DNA of 64,000 bases, taken from NCBI GenBank assembly GCA_963713825.1, contig CAVQNG010000025.1:640001-704000 (forward strand). The letters are read 5' to 3'. The position numbers were made by a program, and so were the translations under genes. Below, one piece after another: positions 29,733 through 38,203 of the stretch. The notes under the pieces are model-generated. The model saw nothing but the letters and a program-made list of their open reading frames with translations. It ran no database searches and was not told where the DNA came from. Every line of letters begins with the position of its first letter. Positions within the stretch are counted from its first letter, which is position 1. This stretch comes from an uncultured Acidobacteriota bacterium. Lineage in GTDB: Bacteria > Acidobacteriota > Thermoanaerobaculia > Multivoradales > JAHEKO01.

Positions 29733-31169
29733 ATGAGAATCGAACAGGTCGATGAGTTCCGCTGGAGGATTCCCAAGCAGGGAAAGATGCAAGTCGATGG
29801 CCTGATCTTCGCGAGTGCAGCGATGATGAGCGACATCCGCCACGACCCATGCCTTCAACAAGTCGTCAACGTAGCTCATCTACCGGGGATTGTCGGGGCT
29901 TCCATGGCCATGCCCGATATCCACTGGGGCTATGGTTTTCCCATCGGTGGCGTCGCCGCAATGGACGGCAAGAAGGGTGTCGTCTCGCCGGGCGGTGTCG
30001 GCTACGACATCAACTGAGGCGTTCGCCTCTTGCGCTCAGGTCTGAGTCGCTCCGAAATCCAGCCCAAACTGAGGCACCTCGTGACCCGCCTCTATCAGAA
30101 CATCCCAACCGGCATCGGCAAGGGCCGTGGCGATCTGCGGTTGAATCGACAGGAGCTGACAGGGGTCATGACTCGAGGGGCGGCGTGGTGCGTCGACCGG
30201 GGGATGGGCTACGAAGAGGACTTGGAGTTCCTCGAGGAGAAAGGCTGTATCGAGGGAGCGCGGCCCGATCTGGTGACGGACAAGGCCTATCAACGAGGGC
30301 GAAGTCAGCTTGGATCGTTGGGCTCGGGGAATCACTTCGCGGAAATCCAGTATGTGGCTGAAATCTACGACGAAGTTGCAGCTACCGCTTTGGGCCTCTT
30401 CGAGGACCAGGTGACTCTGACGATTCACAGTGGATCGAGAGGCCTCGGTCACCAGGTCTGCACGGACCACCTCCGGGTGATGGTGGAAGCGGCGGCTCGG
30501 TACGGCATCGAGCTACCCGATCGTCAGCTCTGTTGCGCTCCCATTCAATCCGCGGAAGGACGCCATTACCTTGGTGCCATGTCGGCGGCCGCCAACTTCG
30601 CCTTCGCCAATCGGCAGGTCATGACGCACTGGGCTCGCGAGAGTTTCATGCAGACCCTGGGCCTGGGACCCGGCCGGGCTGGGCTCGACGTGGTTTACGA
30701 TGTCTGTCACAACATCGCGAAGTTCGAGACGTTCGAGCTCGACGGTAGGAGTCGACGCCTCTGCGTTCACCGCAAAGGAGCCACCCGGGCTTATCCACCC
30801 GGTCACCCGCAGACACCCGAGGCCTACAGGGAAGTCGGGCAGCCTGTATTGATTCCCGGGGATATGGGACGCTACTCCTATGTGCTCGTGGGAACCGAGA
30901 AAGCCTACCGTGAGACCTATGGCTCCACTTGTCATGGGGCGGGCAGAAGGCTCAGCCGCAAGCAGGCCAAGAAGCAGGCGAGAGGGAGAAGACTCTTGGA
31001 GGAGCTCGAAAATGAGGGTGTTGTGGTGATGGCCGCCGGAATGGGCACGGTAGCCGAGGAGATGCCCGAGGCATACAAAGACGTCTCGGTTGTGGTCGAC
31101 GTGGTTCAAGGCGCCGGGATCAGCCGCAAAGTCGCCCAACTGAAACCGATGGGAGTGATCAAGGGATGA
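29733..31169 (+). CDS. rtcB: RtcB RNA 3'-phosphate/5'-OH ligase (archease-dependent type), 478 aa, in-frame UGA at codon 95 predicted as selenocysteine
   Basis: ORFs 29709-30017 and 30030-31169 are in the same frame, joined by AAC-TGA-GGC-GTT-CGC, giving [10 protein letters not shown][U]GVRLL. Other motifs are intact: [49 protein letters not shown], terminal KG. Confidence 0.9.
30032..30050 (+). promoter_or_regulatory. Candidate bacterial SECIS element
   Basis: GCG-CTCA-[GGTC]-TGAG-T-CGC hairpin. The apical loop starts with G, with 21 nt between the UGA and the loop. The CAGGTCTG core is identical to the apical part of the E. coli fdhF SECIS (TGCAGGTCTGCA). Confidence 0.75.
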
Positions 31170-32212
31170 GTGCCGAGAAACAGAGCGCCAGGTTCACTTC
31201 AGAGTCTATGGATGCGGCGGAGGCGACCGCTCCATCTTCTTCGGATCAACGAGCCGACGCGATTCTCGATCGCTGGCGGAGCGTGATTCCCGAGATCGAG
31301 TGGGCCGTGCAGGCGTCACTTATCGAACGGATCCGACGCCTCAAGAAGCAGCGAAAAGCCGTCATTCTGGCCCACAACTACCAGACGCCCGAGATCTTCT
31401 TTGGTGTCGCCGATTTCACCGGGGATTCGCTGGGTCTGGCGCGGCAGGGGTCCGAAACCGAGGCGGAGGTCATCGTCCTCTGTGGAGTCCACTTCATGGC
31501 GGAGACGGCGAAGATCTTGAGCCCAGAGAAGACGGTGCTCCTTCCCGACCAGGAGGCGGGTTGCTCCTTGGCCAGCTCATTAGCGGCCGGTGATGTGCGG
31601 CAGCTCCGCGAGCGCTATCCAGGAGTTCCCGTGGTGAGCTATGTGAATACTTCCGCGGCCGTCAAAGCGGAGTCCGATATCTGCTGTACCTCGGCGAACG
31701 CCGTGGAAGTGGTGCAGTCGCTCGATAGCGATCGGGTGATTCTTCTTCCGGACGAATACCTCGGCGACTACGTGGCGCGACACTCGGACGTGGAGATCAT
31801 TCGGTGGGAGGGCCGTTGCGAGGTCCATGAGCGCTTCTCTGCCGAGGAGGTGCGCGGCTATCGGCAGCAGCATCCTGGAATCCAGGTTCTGGCACACCCC
31901 GAATGTCCGAGCGACGTGCTGACGGAGGCGGATTTCGTCGGCTCGACCAGCGGCATGATTCGTCATCTCGAGAGCAGCCGGCCCGAGCGGGTCGTGCTGA
32001 TGACGGAATGCTCCATGAGTGACAATCTGGCGCTGGAGTTGCCCGCAATCGAGTTTGTTCGTCCCCGCAGTCTCTGTCCTCACATGAAGCTGATCACCCT
32101 ACCCAAGATCGCCCAGGCACTGCAGGCCCTCGAGCCGAGAGTCGAGGTGCCAGCAGCGATCGCTGCTGGCGCCAGACAGGCCCTTCAGGCGATGCTCGGT
32201 GTGAGCCGGTAG
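31166..32212 (+). CDS. nadA: Quinolinate synthase A
   Basis: ILAHNYQ, CGVHFMAE, AGCSLA, YVNTSA, CEVH, AHPEC, CPHMK; ATGA overlap with the rtcB stop. Confidence 0.93.
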   Translation: MSAEKQSARFTSESMDAAEATAPSSSDQRADAILDRWRSVIPEIEWAVQASLIERIRRLKKQRKAVILAHNYQTPEIFFGVADFTGDSLGLARQGSETEAEVIVLCGVHFMAETAKILSPEKTVLLPDQEAGCSLASSLAAGDVRQLRERYPGVPVVSYVNTSAAVKAESDICCTSANAVEVVQSLDSDRVILLPDEYLGDYVARHSDVEIIRWEGRCEVHERFSAEEVRGYRQQHPGIQVLAHPECPSDVLTEADFVGSTSGMIRHLESSRPERVVLMTECSMSDNLALELPAIEFVRPRSLCPHMKLITLPKIAQALQALEPRVEVPAAIAAGARQALQAMLGVSR

Positions 32213-32288
32213 CATATTTCTCGTGCCGTGGCGCCGCCGTGTCGAGAGTGTTCGTACCCCCGGGGCGATCGTATAAACTCGGGCTCCC

Positions 32289-33212
32289 GTGTCCGACTCT
32301 CTGGTGCAATTAGGCAAGAGCTCTACTGGCGGATCTCGAAGACAACCCCGCCCAGAGTGGCTGCGCATCCGGCTCTCGACGCCGCAGCGCTATCACGAGG
32401 TCAATGGTCTCGTCGAAGGCTTGAGCCTGAACACGGTCTGTCAGGAGGCTCGATGTCCCAACATCTACGAGTGTTGGGGCGAGCACGGTACGGCCACGTT
32501 CATGATCCTCGGCGATATCTGCACACGCCGCTGCGGCTTCTGTGCCGTGACATCGGGAAGACCCCGACCCGGGGTTGAGGCGGCCGAGCCGGAGAACGTG
32601 GCGCAGGCCGTCGCAGCGATGGAGTTGAGGCACGCGGTCATTACCTCCGTCGATCGGGACGACCTGGACGATGGCGGAGCGACTCACTTCGCCGATGTTA
32701 TCGAGGCCATCCATCACCGAACTCCTCAAACAGCCGTTGAGGTCCTGACACCCGATTTTCGGGGCGTCCCGGGGGCGTTGGACATCGTTTTGGCTGCGGC
32801 TCCGGAGGTCTTCTCCCACAACATGGAAACGGTCCCTCGGCTCTACCGAACAGCGAGACCTGGTAGCCGCTATGAGCGTTCTCTCGGATTGCTCGAGTCG
32901 GCGGCTGAGCGCCAGAACCGGGGAGAGTTCTCAGGGCGCCTGAAGACAGGGATCATGGTTGGGCTCGGTGAGAGTCCGAATGAGGTTCGGGAGACTCTTC
33001 GGGAGATCCGACAGACCGGTGTCGAGATCTTGACCATTGGCCAGTATCTGCAGCCGACTTCAGCCCATCTGCCGGTGGAGCGATGGGTCCACCCCGACGA
33101 GTTCGCGAGCTACCGTGACTTCGCCCTGTCTCTCGGGTTCGATCACTGCGAATCCGGGCCTCTCGTGAGAAGCAGCTATCACGCCCACGAGCACGTGGCC
33201 GCCTCTGGTTGA
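32289..33212 (+). CDS. lipA: Lipoyl synthase
   Basis: CQEARCPNIYEC, CTRRCGFC radical SAM motif, RSSY. Confidence 0.95.
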   Translation: MSDSLVQLGKSSTGGSRRQPRPEWLRIRLSTPQRYHEVNGLVEGLSLNTVCQEARCPNIYECWGEHGTATFMILGDICTRRCGFCAVTSGRPRPGVEAAEPENVAQAVAAMELRHAVITSVDRDDLDDGGATHFADVIEAIHHRTPQTAVEVLTPDFRGVPGALDIVLAAAPEVFSHNMETVPRLYRTARPGSRYERSLGLLESAAERQNRGEFSGRLKTGIMVGLGESPNEVRETLREIRQTGVEILTIGQYLQPTSAHLPVERWVHPDEFASYRDFALSLGFDHCESGPLVRSSYHAHEHVAASG

Positions 33213-33215
33213 AGA

Positions 33216-34190
33216 TCAGGTCAGGCCGGCGTTGGAAGCCAGTTTTCTTGCTCGCCTGCCTGCCCGCCAGCTGACACACCACAGTCCGGAGGCGATCAGG
33301 GCGAAGCCGATCGCTTGGCGCCAGGTCAACAGCTCGGAGAGAAAAATCCTCGACAGCAGGGCCGTCAGAAGTGGCTGGAGCGTGGTGTAGGCAGCAGCCA
33401 ACAGAGCAGAAGATCGTTGGATGGCCCATGAGTTGATCAGGTAGCTCAGCGCGGTTGGGAAGATCAGGATGAAGAGGATGCCCATCCAGGTAGAGCTGGA
33501 GAGAGTACTGAGCGAGGTGCGAGCAAGAGTGCCACCACCGACAGCGACGACCCCGAGACTGCCGAACAAGAAAGCGCCGGCGATGACCGTTTGCCATGGA
33601 AGCTGGCGCAGGATCGGGCGCTGCAGGACCAGGAAGGCGGCAAAGCTGAGGCCGTTGATCAGGATCAGCAGGTTTCCGATCAGGGTGCCGTCGTCGAGAG
33701 AAAAGCGCATCGGGTCGAGGATCACGAGGGCGCCGCAAATCGCCAGGATGACTCCTACAAGGCGGTAGGGTCCGATGCGCTCGAGGCCCAGGAGAGCGGC
33801 CACACCAACCGCGAAGGCTGGTACTGACGTCATCAGGATGGCCGCGTTGGTCGGGGTGGTGTAGCTCAGTCCGACGATGAACAGGACCTGGTTGAGGAAG
33901 ACACCCAGGAAACCAAGCAGCACCAGCTTGGGCAGCCACCGGAGATCGGGCCACCTGGCACCTCGTCGGGCCGCGATGATCAATAGGACTGGCGTCGCGA
34001 AGAGGACTCGGAGGCAGGCAAGAGCCAGGGGAGGAACATCTTCCAGAACCATCTTGCCGACAACATGAAGGCCACTGAAGCTGGCTTGTACAGCCAGCAA
34101 GGCCAGGTGCAAGGCAAAGAGGCCCTGCCAGCCGGAATCGTCGATGGATGAAGTTTCGTCGGGATGGACGGCTCCGTCTGAGTCTTGCAT
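33216..34190 (-). CDS. DMT/EamA family transporter
   Basis: About 10 TMs in two EamA repeats (GLSYTTPTNAAIL; YTTLQPLLT). Confidence 0.85.
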   Translation of the reverse strand: MQDSDGAVHPDETSSIDDSGWQGLFALHLALLAVQASFSGLHVVGKMVLEDVPPLALACLRVLFATPVLLIIAARRGARWPDLRWLPKLVLLGFLGVFLNQVLFIVGLSYTTPTNAAILMTSVPAFAVGVAALLGLERIGPYRLVGVILAICGALVILDPMRFSLDDGTLIGNLLILINGLSFAAFLVLQRPILRQLPWQTVIAGAFLFGSLGVVAVGGGTLARTSLSTLSSSTWMGILFILIFPTALSYLINSWAIQRSSALLAAAYTTLQPLLTALLSRIFLSELLTWRQAIGFALIASGLWCVSWRAGRRARKLASNAGLT

Positions 34191-34328
34191 GCTCTGATCC
34201 CGAAGTGCCGGCCGAGGATCCTGTCCAGCGTTGGCGCCAAGATTGTGACCAACTTCTGCTGCCTTGGCAACGGCTCTTCGATGGTCCTACGTCTTGTGAT
34301 GCGACCAAGGCATCGTGTCGGGGTCGGT

Positions 34329-34357
34329 TTGCGCGGCCCATGGCTAGCGGCTAGAAT
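34329..34357 (+). promoter_or_regulatory. Putative sigma70 promoter for GNAT-boxB-like-proline dehydrogenase unit
   Basis: TTGCGC-N17-TAGAAT in the divergent intergenic region. Confidence 0.45.
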
Positions 34358-34418
34358 CGTCGCGGTTTCAAAGCTGTCAATTCGGGTCTATCGACCCATT
34401 TAGGAGATTACCCAACTC

Positions 34419-34868
34419 ATGACCGAGTCAGAGACCACAGTGCTCATTCGCCAGTTGGAAGACACAGATATCGGAGGCATAACGGCGCTCGACGAGAAGA
34501 TCGGTGGTGAGTACCGACCCGAGGTTTGGGAGCGCCGGATCGGCTACTATCTGAGACGGGACCCCGAAGCGCAGGTCGTGGCGGAAGTCGATGGCAGGCT
34601 CGCCGGCTTCATGCTCGGCGAGGTGCGGTCCGGCGAGTTCGGCCTCGAGGAGCCGACGGGATGGATCGAGGTGATGGGTGTGGATCCAGACATGCGCGGC
34701 CAGGCCATCGGCAGACAGCTGGCGGAGCAGATCCTGCACCACTTTCAGAGTCAGGGTGCCTCGAGCGTTCGGACTCTGGTCGATGAGACGATGACAGAGA
34801 TTGCTGGCTTTTTCGACAGCTTGGGCTTCGAGCCCGCTCCGTTGCGCTCTTTCGTCAAGAACCTGTAG
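34419..34868 (+). CDS. GNAT family acetyltransferase
   Basis: GWIEVMGVDPDMRGQAIGRQL motif A, FFDSLGF. Confidence 0.85.
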   Translation: MTESETTVLIRQLEDTDIGGITALDEKIGGEYRPEVWERRIGYYLRRDPEAQVVAEVDGRLAGFMLGEVRSGEFGLEEPTGWIEVMGVDPDMRGQAIGRQLAEQILHHFQSQGASSVRTLVDETMTEIAGFFDSLGFEPAPLRSFVKNL

Positions 34869-34912
34869 CTGAACCGATTCGAGCCCTGGGCCAGGAGGCC
34901 GGGAGTTATCCC

Positions 34913-36244
34913 ATGAATGTGACCAAGACCTACATACCGAAGAAATTCCATCAGGCGGTCGTCAAATGGCAGGAGACGTATCTGCCCGACTTCGACTTCC
35001 TGCTCGACAACTGGGACAAGTACTTCCCGCAGGACACCCAGTTCGAGCTTTGCGCGTTTCGCGAGATGGGAATGTGCAACGAGATCGAGTGTGGCGACCA
35101 GAAGGGCAAGGCCAAGTTTCAGCACGCTGCCGAGATGGAGCAGCAACAGGGCGGCCATCTATTGGGTGCCTTGAAGGCGCAGGCGAGCACCGAGTTCGGC
35201 TCCATTCAGCAGCACCAGCTGACACTGGCGAGGGCTCAGGAGGAAGAGGAGCAGTTCTGGATCCTGCGAATGATGGCCGAGGAGCTAAGACACGGCTACC
35301 AGATGTTCCATCTCCTGCTGGAGGATGACTGGAGTGACGTCACCGACCAGTCGGGGCCAGAGATGGTGGAAGAGATCCTCTCGATGCAGACGGGCTCCCA
35401 CATCCTGGGAGCTTTCAACATCGATTTCGACTCGTTCATCGACAATGTGACGTTTTGTGCCCTGATCGATCGGGTGGGGAAATACCAGCTATCCATGCAG
35501 CGGATCAGCGCCTACAAGCCGATGGCCGAGAGCATGCCGCAGATGCTTCGGGAGGAGGCCTTCCATTTGGCGGCAGGGGTCGTGCCGCTGCGCCGCTGGA
35601 TGGAGAAGGCGGCCCAGGATTCGGTCTACATCACCACTCAGGACATCCAGAAGGCGATCAACAAATGGCTCCCACGGGGCCTCGAGATGTTCGGAGATGA
35701 ACGGGGCGGTGGCACCAACGTGCGCTACGGGCTCAAACCGATGAAGAACGCCGAGGCGCAAGAGCAGTACTACCAGGAGGTGGGCAAGGTCGTTCGCGAT
35801 TTGAACATGCGCTTCATTCGGGCGCGACTGCCCGAGCTTTCGCTGTCCAATGCCGAAGCTCTGCTCGAGAAGCTGTTGGCGGATGGTGGAAACAGTCAGG
35901 GTATCTCCTGGGAGGACCTCGTTCACATGCCCCACAGGAATTTCTTCAGGCGGCGCGGCGTACCCGCCTTCGAAATGGTGGGCTGGGACGGCGAGGTGTT
36001 CGACGATGCCGAGGCCTACCTTCGACATCTGAAGACACACCTGCCGGACGGCTACCGGGCAGGTCGGGACTTCAAGGATTACGCGCAGATGATTCACCGG
36101 GTTCACGCTGGAGAGCTGACCCGGGATGAAGCGGCCCGAACGATGCCGAGTTTGCGGCGCGTGGGGGGTGTCTGTCCGTGCTCTCGTGCGGTAAGGTGGG
36201 TGGCGGAGGAGCCTGACGCAATCGTCTCGGGCGGCAGTGTGTAA
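34913..36244 (+). CDS. BoxB/PaaA-like ferritin-fold diiron aryl-CoA epoxidase homolog
   Basis: STEFGSIQQ, EELRH, LGAFN, DRVGKYQL and EEAFH line up with my recollection of the BoxB diiron ligand motifs (E, ExxH, D, ExxH). Confidence 0.75.
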   Translation: MNVTKTYIPKKFHQAVVKWQETYLPDFDFLLDNWDKYFPQDTQFELCAFREMGMCNEIECGDQKGKAKFQHAAEMEQQQGGHLLGALKAQASTEFGSIQQHQLTLARAQEEEEQFWILRMMAEELRHGYQMFHLLLEDDWSDVTDQSGPEMVEEILSMQTGSHILGAFNIDFDSFIDNVTFCALIDRVGKYQLSMQRISAYKPMAESMPQMLREEAFHLAAGVVPLRRWMEKAAQDSVYITTQDIQKAINKWLPRGLEMFGDERGGGTNVRYGLKPMKNAEAQEQYYQEVGKVVRDLNMRFIRARLPELSLSNAEALLEKLLADGGNSQGISWEDLVHMPHRNFFRRRGVPAFEMVGWDGEVFDDAEAYLRHLKTHLPDGYRAGRDFKDYAQMIHRVHAGELTRDEAARTMPSLRRVGGVCPCSRAVRWVAEEPDAIVSGGSV

Positions 36245-36302
36245 GCGACTCGCTGAGCGGCCCCCGAACCTATCGAACTAACCCTGACAACGGAGCGGAA
36301 CC

Positions 36303-37208
36303 ATGAGTCTGTTTGGCCGGCTCGTAGTGACGACTTTGCCCCTTGTACCCAAGCCCGTGGTGGGGAAAGTCGCCTCACGGTACGTAGCAGGGGAAACACT
36401 GGACGAAGCGCTAGAAGAGGTGCGCAAGCTGAACGCCCAGGGTGCTGTTGCCACCATGGATGTATTGGGAGAGGAGGTCAGTGAACGACCCAAGGCGGAG
36501 GCTGCGGTCGAGGAGTACATTCGCCTCTTCCAGGCCATCGAATCTTCGGGTGTCGACTCGAACGTCTCGATCAAGCCGACGCTTCTGGGCTTGAAGATCG
36601 ACGAGGGCTTCTGCCGCGACAATATCGAGCGCATCGCCTCGACAGCCGCGACGATCGGCAACTTCGTGCGCATCGACATGGAGGACCATACCTGCACCGA
36701 TGCCACGCTGCGGATCTATCAGGACCTGCAGCCCAAGTACGGCAACCTGGGTGTCGTCTTCCAGTCCTACATGCGGCGCACTCTGCAGGATATCGAGGAG
36801 ATGCCGGAGTCGGGCAGCAATATCAGGCTCTGTAAAGGCATTTACATCGAACCCAGAAAAGTCGCCTGGAAGGGCTATGAAACGGTGCGGTACAACTTCG
36901 TGGCTGCCTTGGAGAAGATGATCCACCGAGGCATCTACGCCGCGGTCGCAACCCACGATGAATATCTGGTCTGCGCGGCCGTGGCCCTTCTCGAGCGCCA
37001 CCAGGTGCCCCACGATCGCTACGAATTTCAGATGCTCCTGGGAGTCGACGAGGAGCTGCGACAGATCCTGATCGACGCCGGGCACCGGCTACGGGTCTAT
37101 GTGCCGTACGGCAAGGACTGGTACCCGTATTCGACTCGGCGGCTGCGAGAGAACCCCGAGATGGCCATTCACGTCATGCGAGCCATGCTCGGAGTGCGCA
37201 AGCAGTAG
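36303..37208 (+). CDS. Monofunctional proline dehydrogenase
   Basis: RYVAGET, SIKPT, RIDMED, RLCKGIY, ATHD, EFQMLLG, RVYVPYG, RRLRE. Confidence 0.9.
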   Translation: MSLFGRLVVTTLPLVPKPVVGKVASRYVAGETLDEALEEVRKLNAQGAVATMDVLGEEVSERPKAEAAVEEYIRLFQAIESSGVDSNVSIKPTLLGLKIDEGFCRDNIERIASTAATIGNFVRIDMEDHTCTDATLRIYQDLQPKYGNLGVVFQSYMRRTLQDIEEMPESGSNIRLCKGIYIEPRKVAWKGYETVRYNFVAALEKMIHRGIYAAVATHDEYLVCAAVALLERHQVPHDRYEFQMLLGVDEELRQILIDAGHRLRVYVPYGKDWYPYSTRRLRENPEMAIHVMRAMLGVRKQ

Positions 37209-37318
37209 CCGATGACGATAGAATTCCAAGCAATGGGGAAGTTGCTGTAAACTTTGCTACGCAATTGACTTAGGGGGATGTTTCATTCTTTTCCTTCGCT
37301 CTCTGGTGGAGGTGGTCC

Positions 37319-38014
37319 ATGCCAGCTGTAGATGATGTCAAGGTTCTGAACCAAGTCGGGCTGTTCGAAGGCCTGAGCACCGAAGATCTCAATCGTCTCA
37401 ATCTCCTGTTGCACAAGCGTGCCTTTGCGACAGGGCTCAACATCATCACCGTGGCTCAACCCGGTGATCTGGTCTACGTGCTTCTCGACGGCACCGTCAA
37501 GATCTATGTCGATCAGTTGGATGGCTCCGAGGTCATCCTGGCCTTCCTGGGCCCCGGCGACACCTTTGGAGAAATGAGCATGGTGGACACGGCGGGGCGC
37601 TCGGCCAACGTCATCGCGCTGGAGGAGTGCAACTGCTTGATCATGGATCGCAACGCCTTCTATCAGTGCCTCAAAAGCATGAAGGGACTGAGCTACAACC
37701 TGGTTCGGCTCCTGAGTCGGCGACTGCGCCTGGCCAACGAGCAGATTCAGGCGCTGTCGACCCTCGACGTACGGGGCAGGGTGGCCCGTCAGCTGTTGGC
37801 TTTCGCGCAGCAGTACGGCGAGTCCGATCCTTCGAACAACGTGCGAATTCCGCTGCGACTGACGCAGACCGATGTGGCGGCGCTGGTCGGTGCATCGAGG
37901 GAGAGGGTCAACCAGGTCATCGTCGACTTCAAGGACAGCGGCTTCATTTCGGTAGACCCATCTCACCGGTTCACGGTGCACGACGTCCAGGCGCTGGTCG
38001 GGCGCTGTCAGTAG
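37319..38014 (+). CDS. Crp/Fnr family transcriptional regulator
   Basis: cNMP domain FGEMS..RSA; HTH LTQTDVAALVGASRERVNQ. Confidence 0.9.
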   Translation: MPAVDDVKVLNQVGLFEGLSTEDLNRLNLLLHKRAFATGLNIITVAQPGDLVYVLLDGTVKIYVDQLDGSEVILAFLGPGDTFGEMSMVDTAGRSANVIALEECNCLIMDRNAFYQCLKSMKGLSYNLVRLLSRRLRLANEQIQALSTLDVRGRVARQLLAFAQQYGESDPSNNVRIPLRLTQTDVAALVGASRERVNQVIVDFKDSGFISVDPSHRFTVHDVQALVGRCQ

Positions 38015-38037
38015 TTTTCCAGTCAACTCAGAAATTG

Positions 38038-38067
38038 GACATCTTCGACGCTCGGGTCGAAGATGTC
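38038..38067. repeat. 12-bp perfect inverted repeat between the crp-like gene and recN
   Basis: GACATCTTCGAC-gctcgg-GTCGAAGATGTC; no adjacent U-tract. Confidence 0.65.
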
Positions 38068-38203
38068 GTCCCTGTGTGGGCAGAGCTGGGCTTTGCTAGA
38101 CTTTCGCTCCGCCCATGTTCCTCGATCCTCGCTATCTCTGTTCTCCGCAGCTGCCCACCACCTGGGCTCGGCGGATCGTCTAGGCGCGCCTGGGGAAGAC
38201 CAA

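Noticed and set aside
30015-30017. Genome-wide UGA reassignment (Trp/Gly code)
   Set aside because: Many genes here end in TGA at their expected C-termini (lpdA, archease, rtcB, coaD), and an intact RF2 is encoded.
29709-31169. rtcB as a pseudogene, two separate genes, or an intron/intein-split gene
   Set aside because: The halves are in frame with no insertion, the single TGA is exactly at the catalytic Cys, a SECIS-like hairpin follows and all other motifs are intact. A sequencing error remains possible but is less parsimonious.
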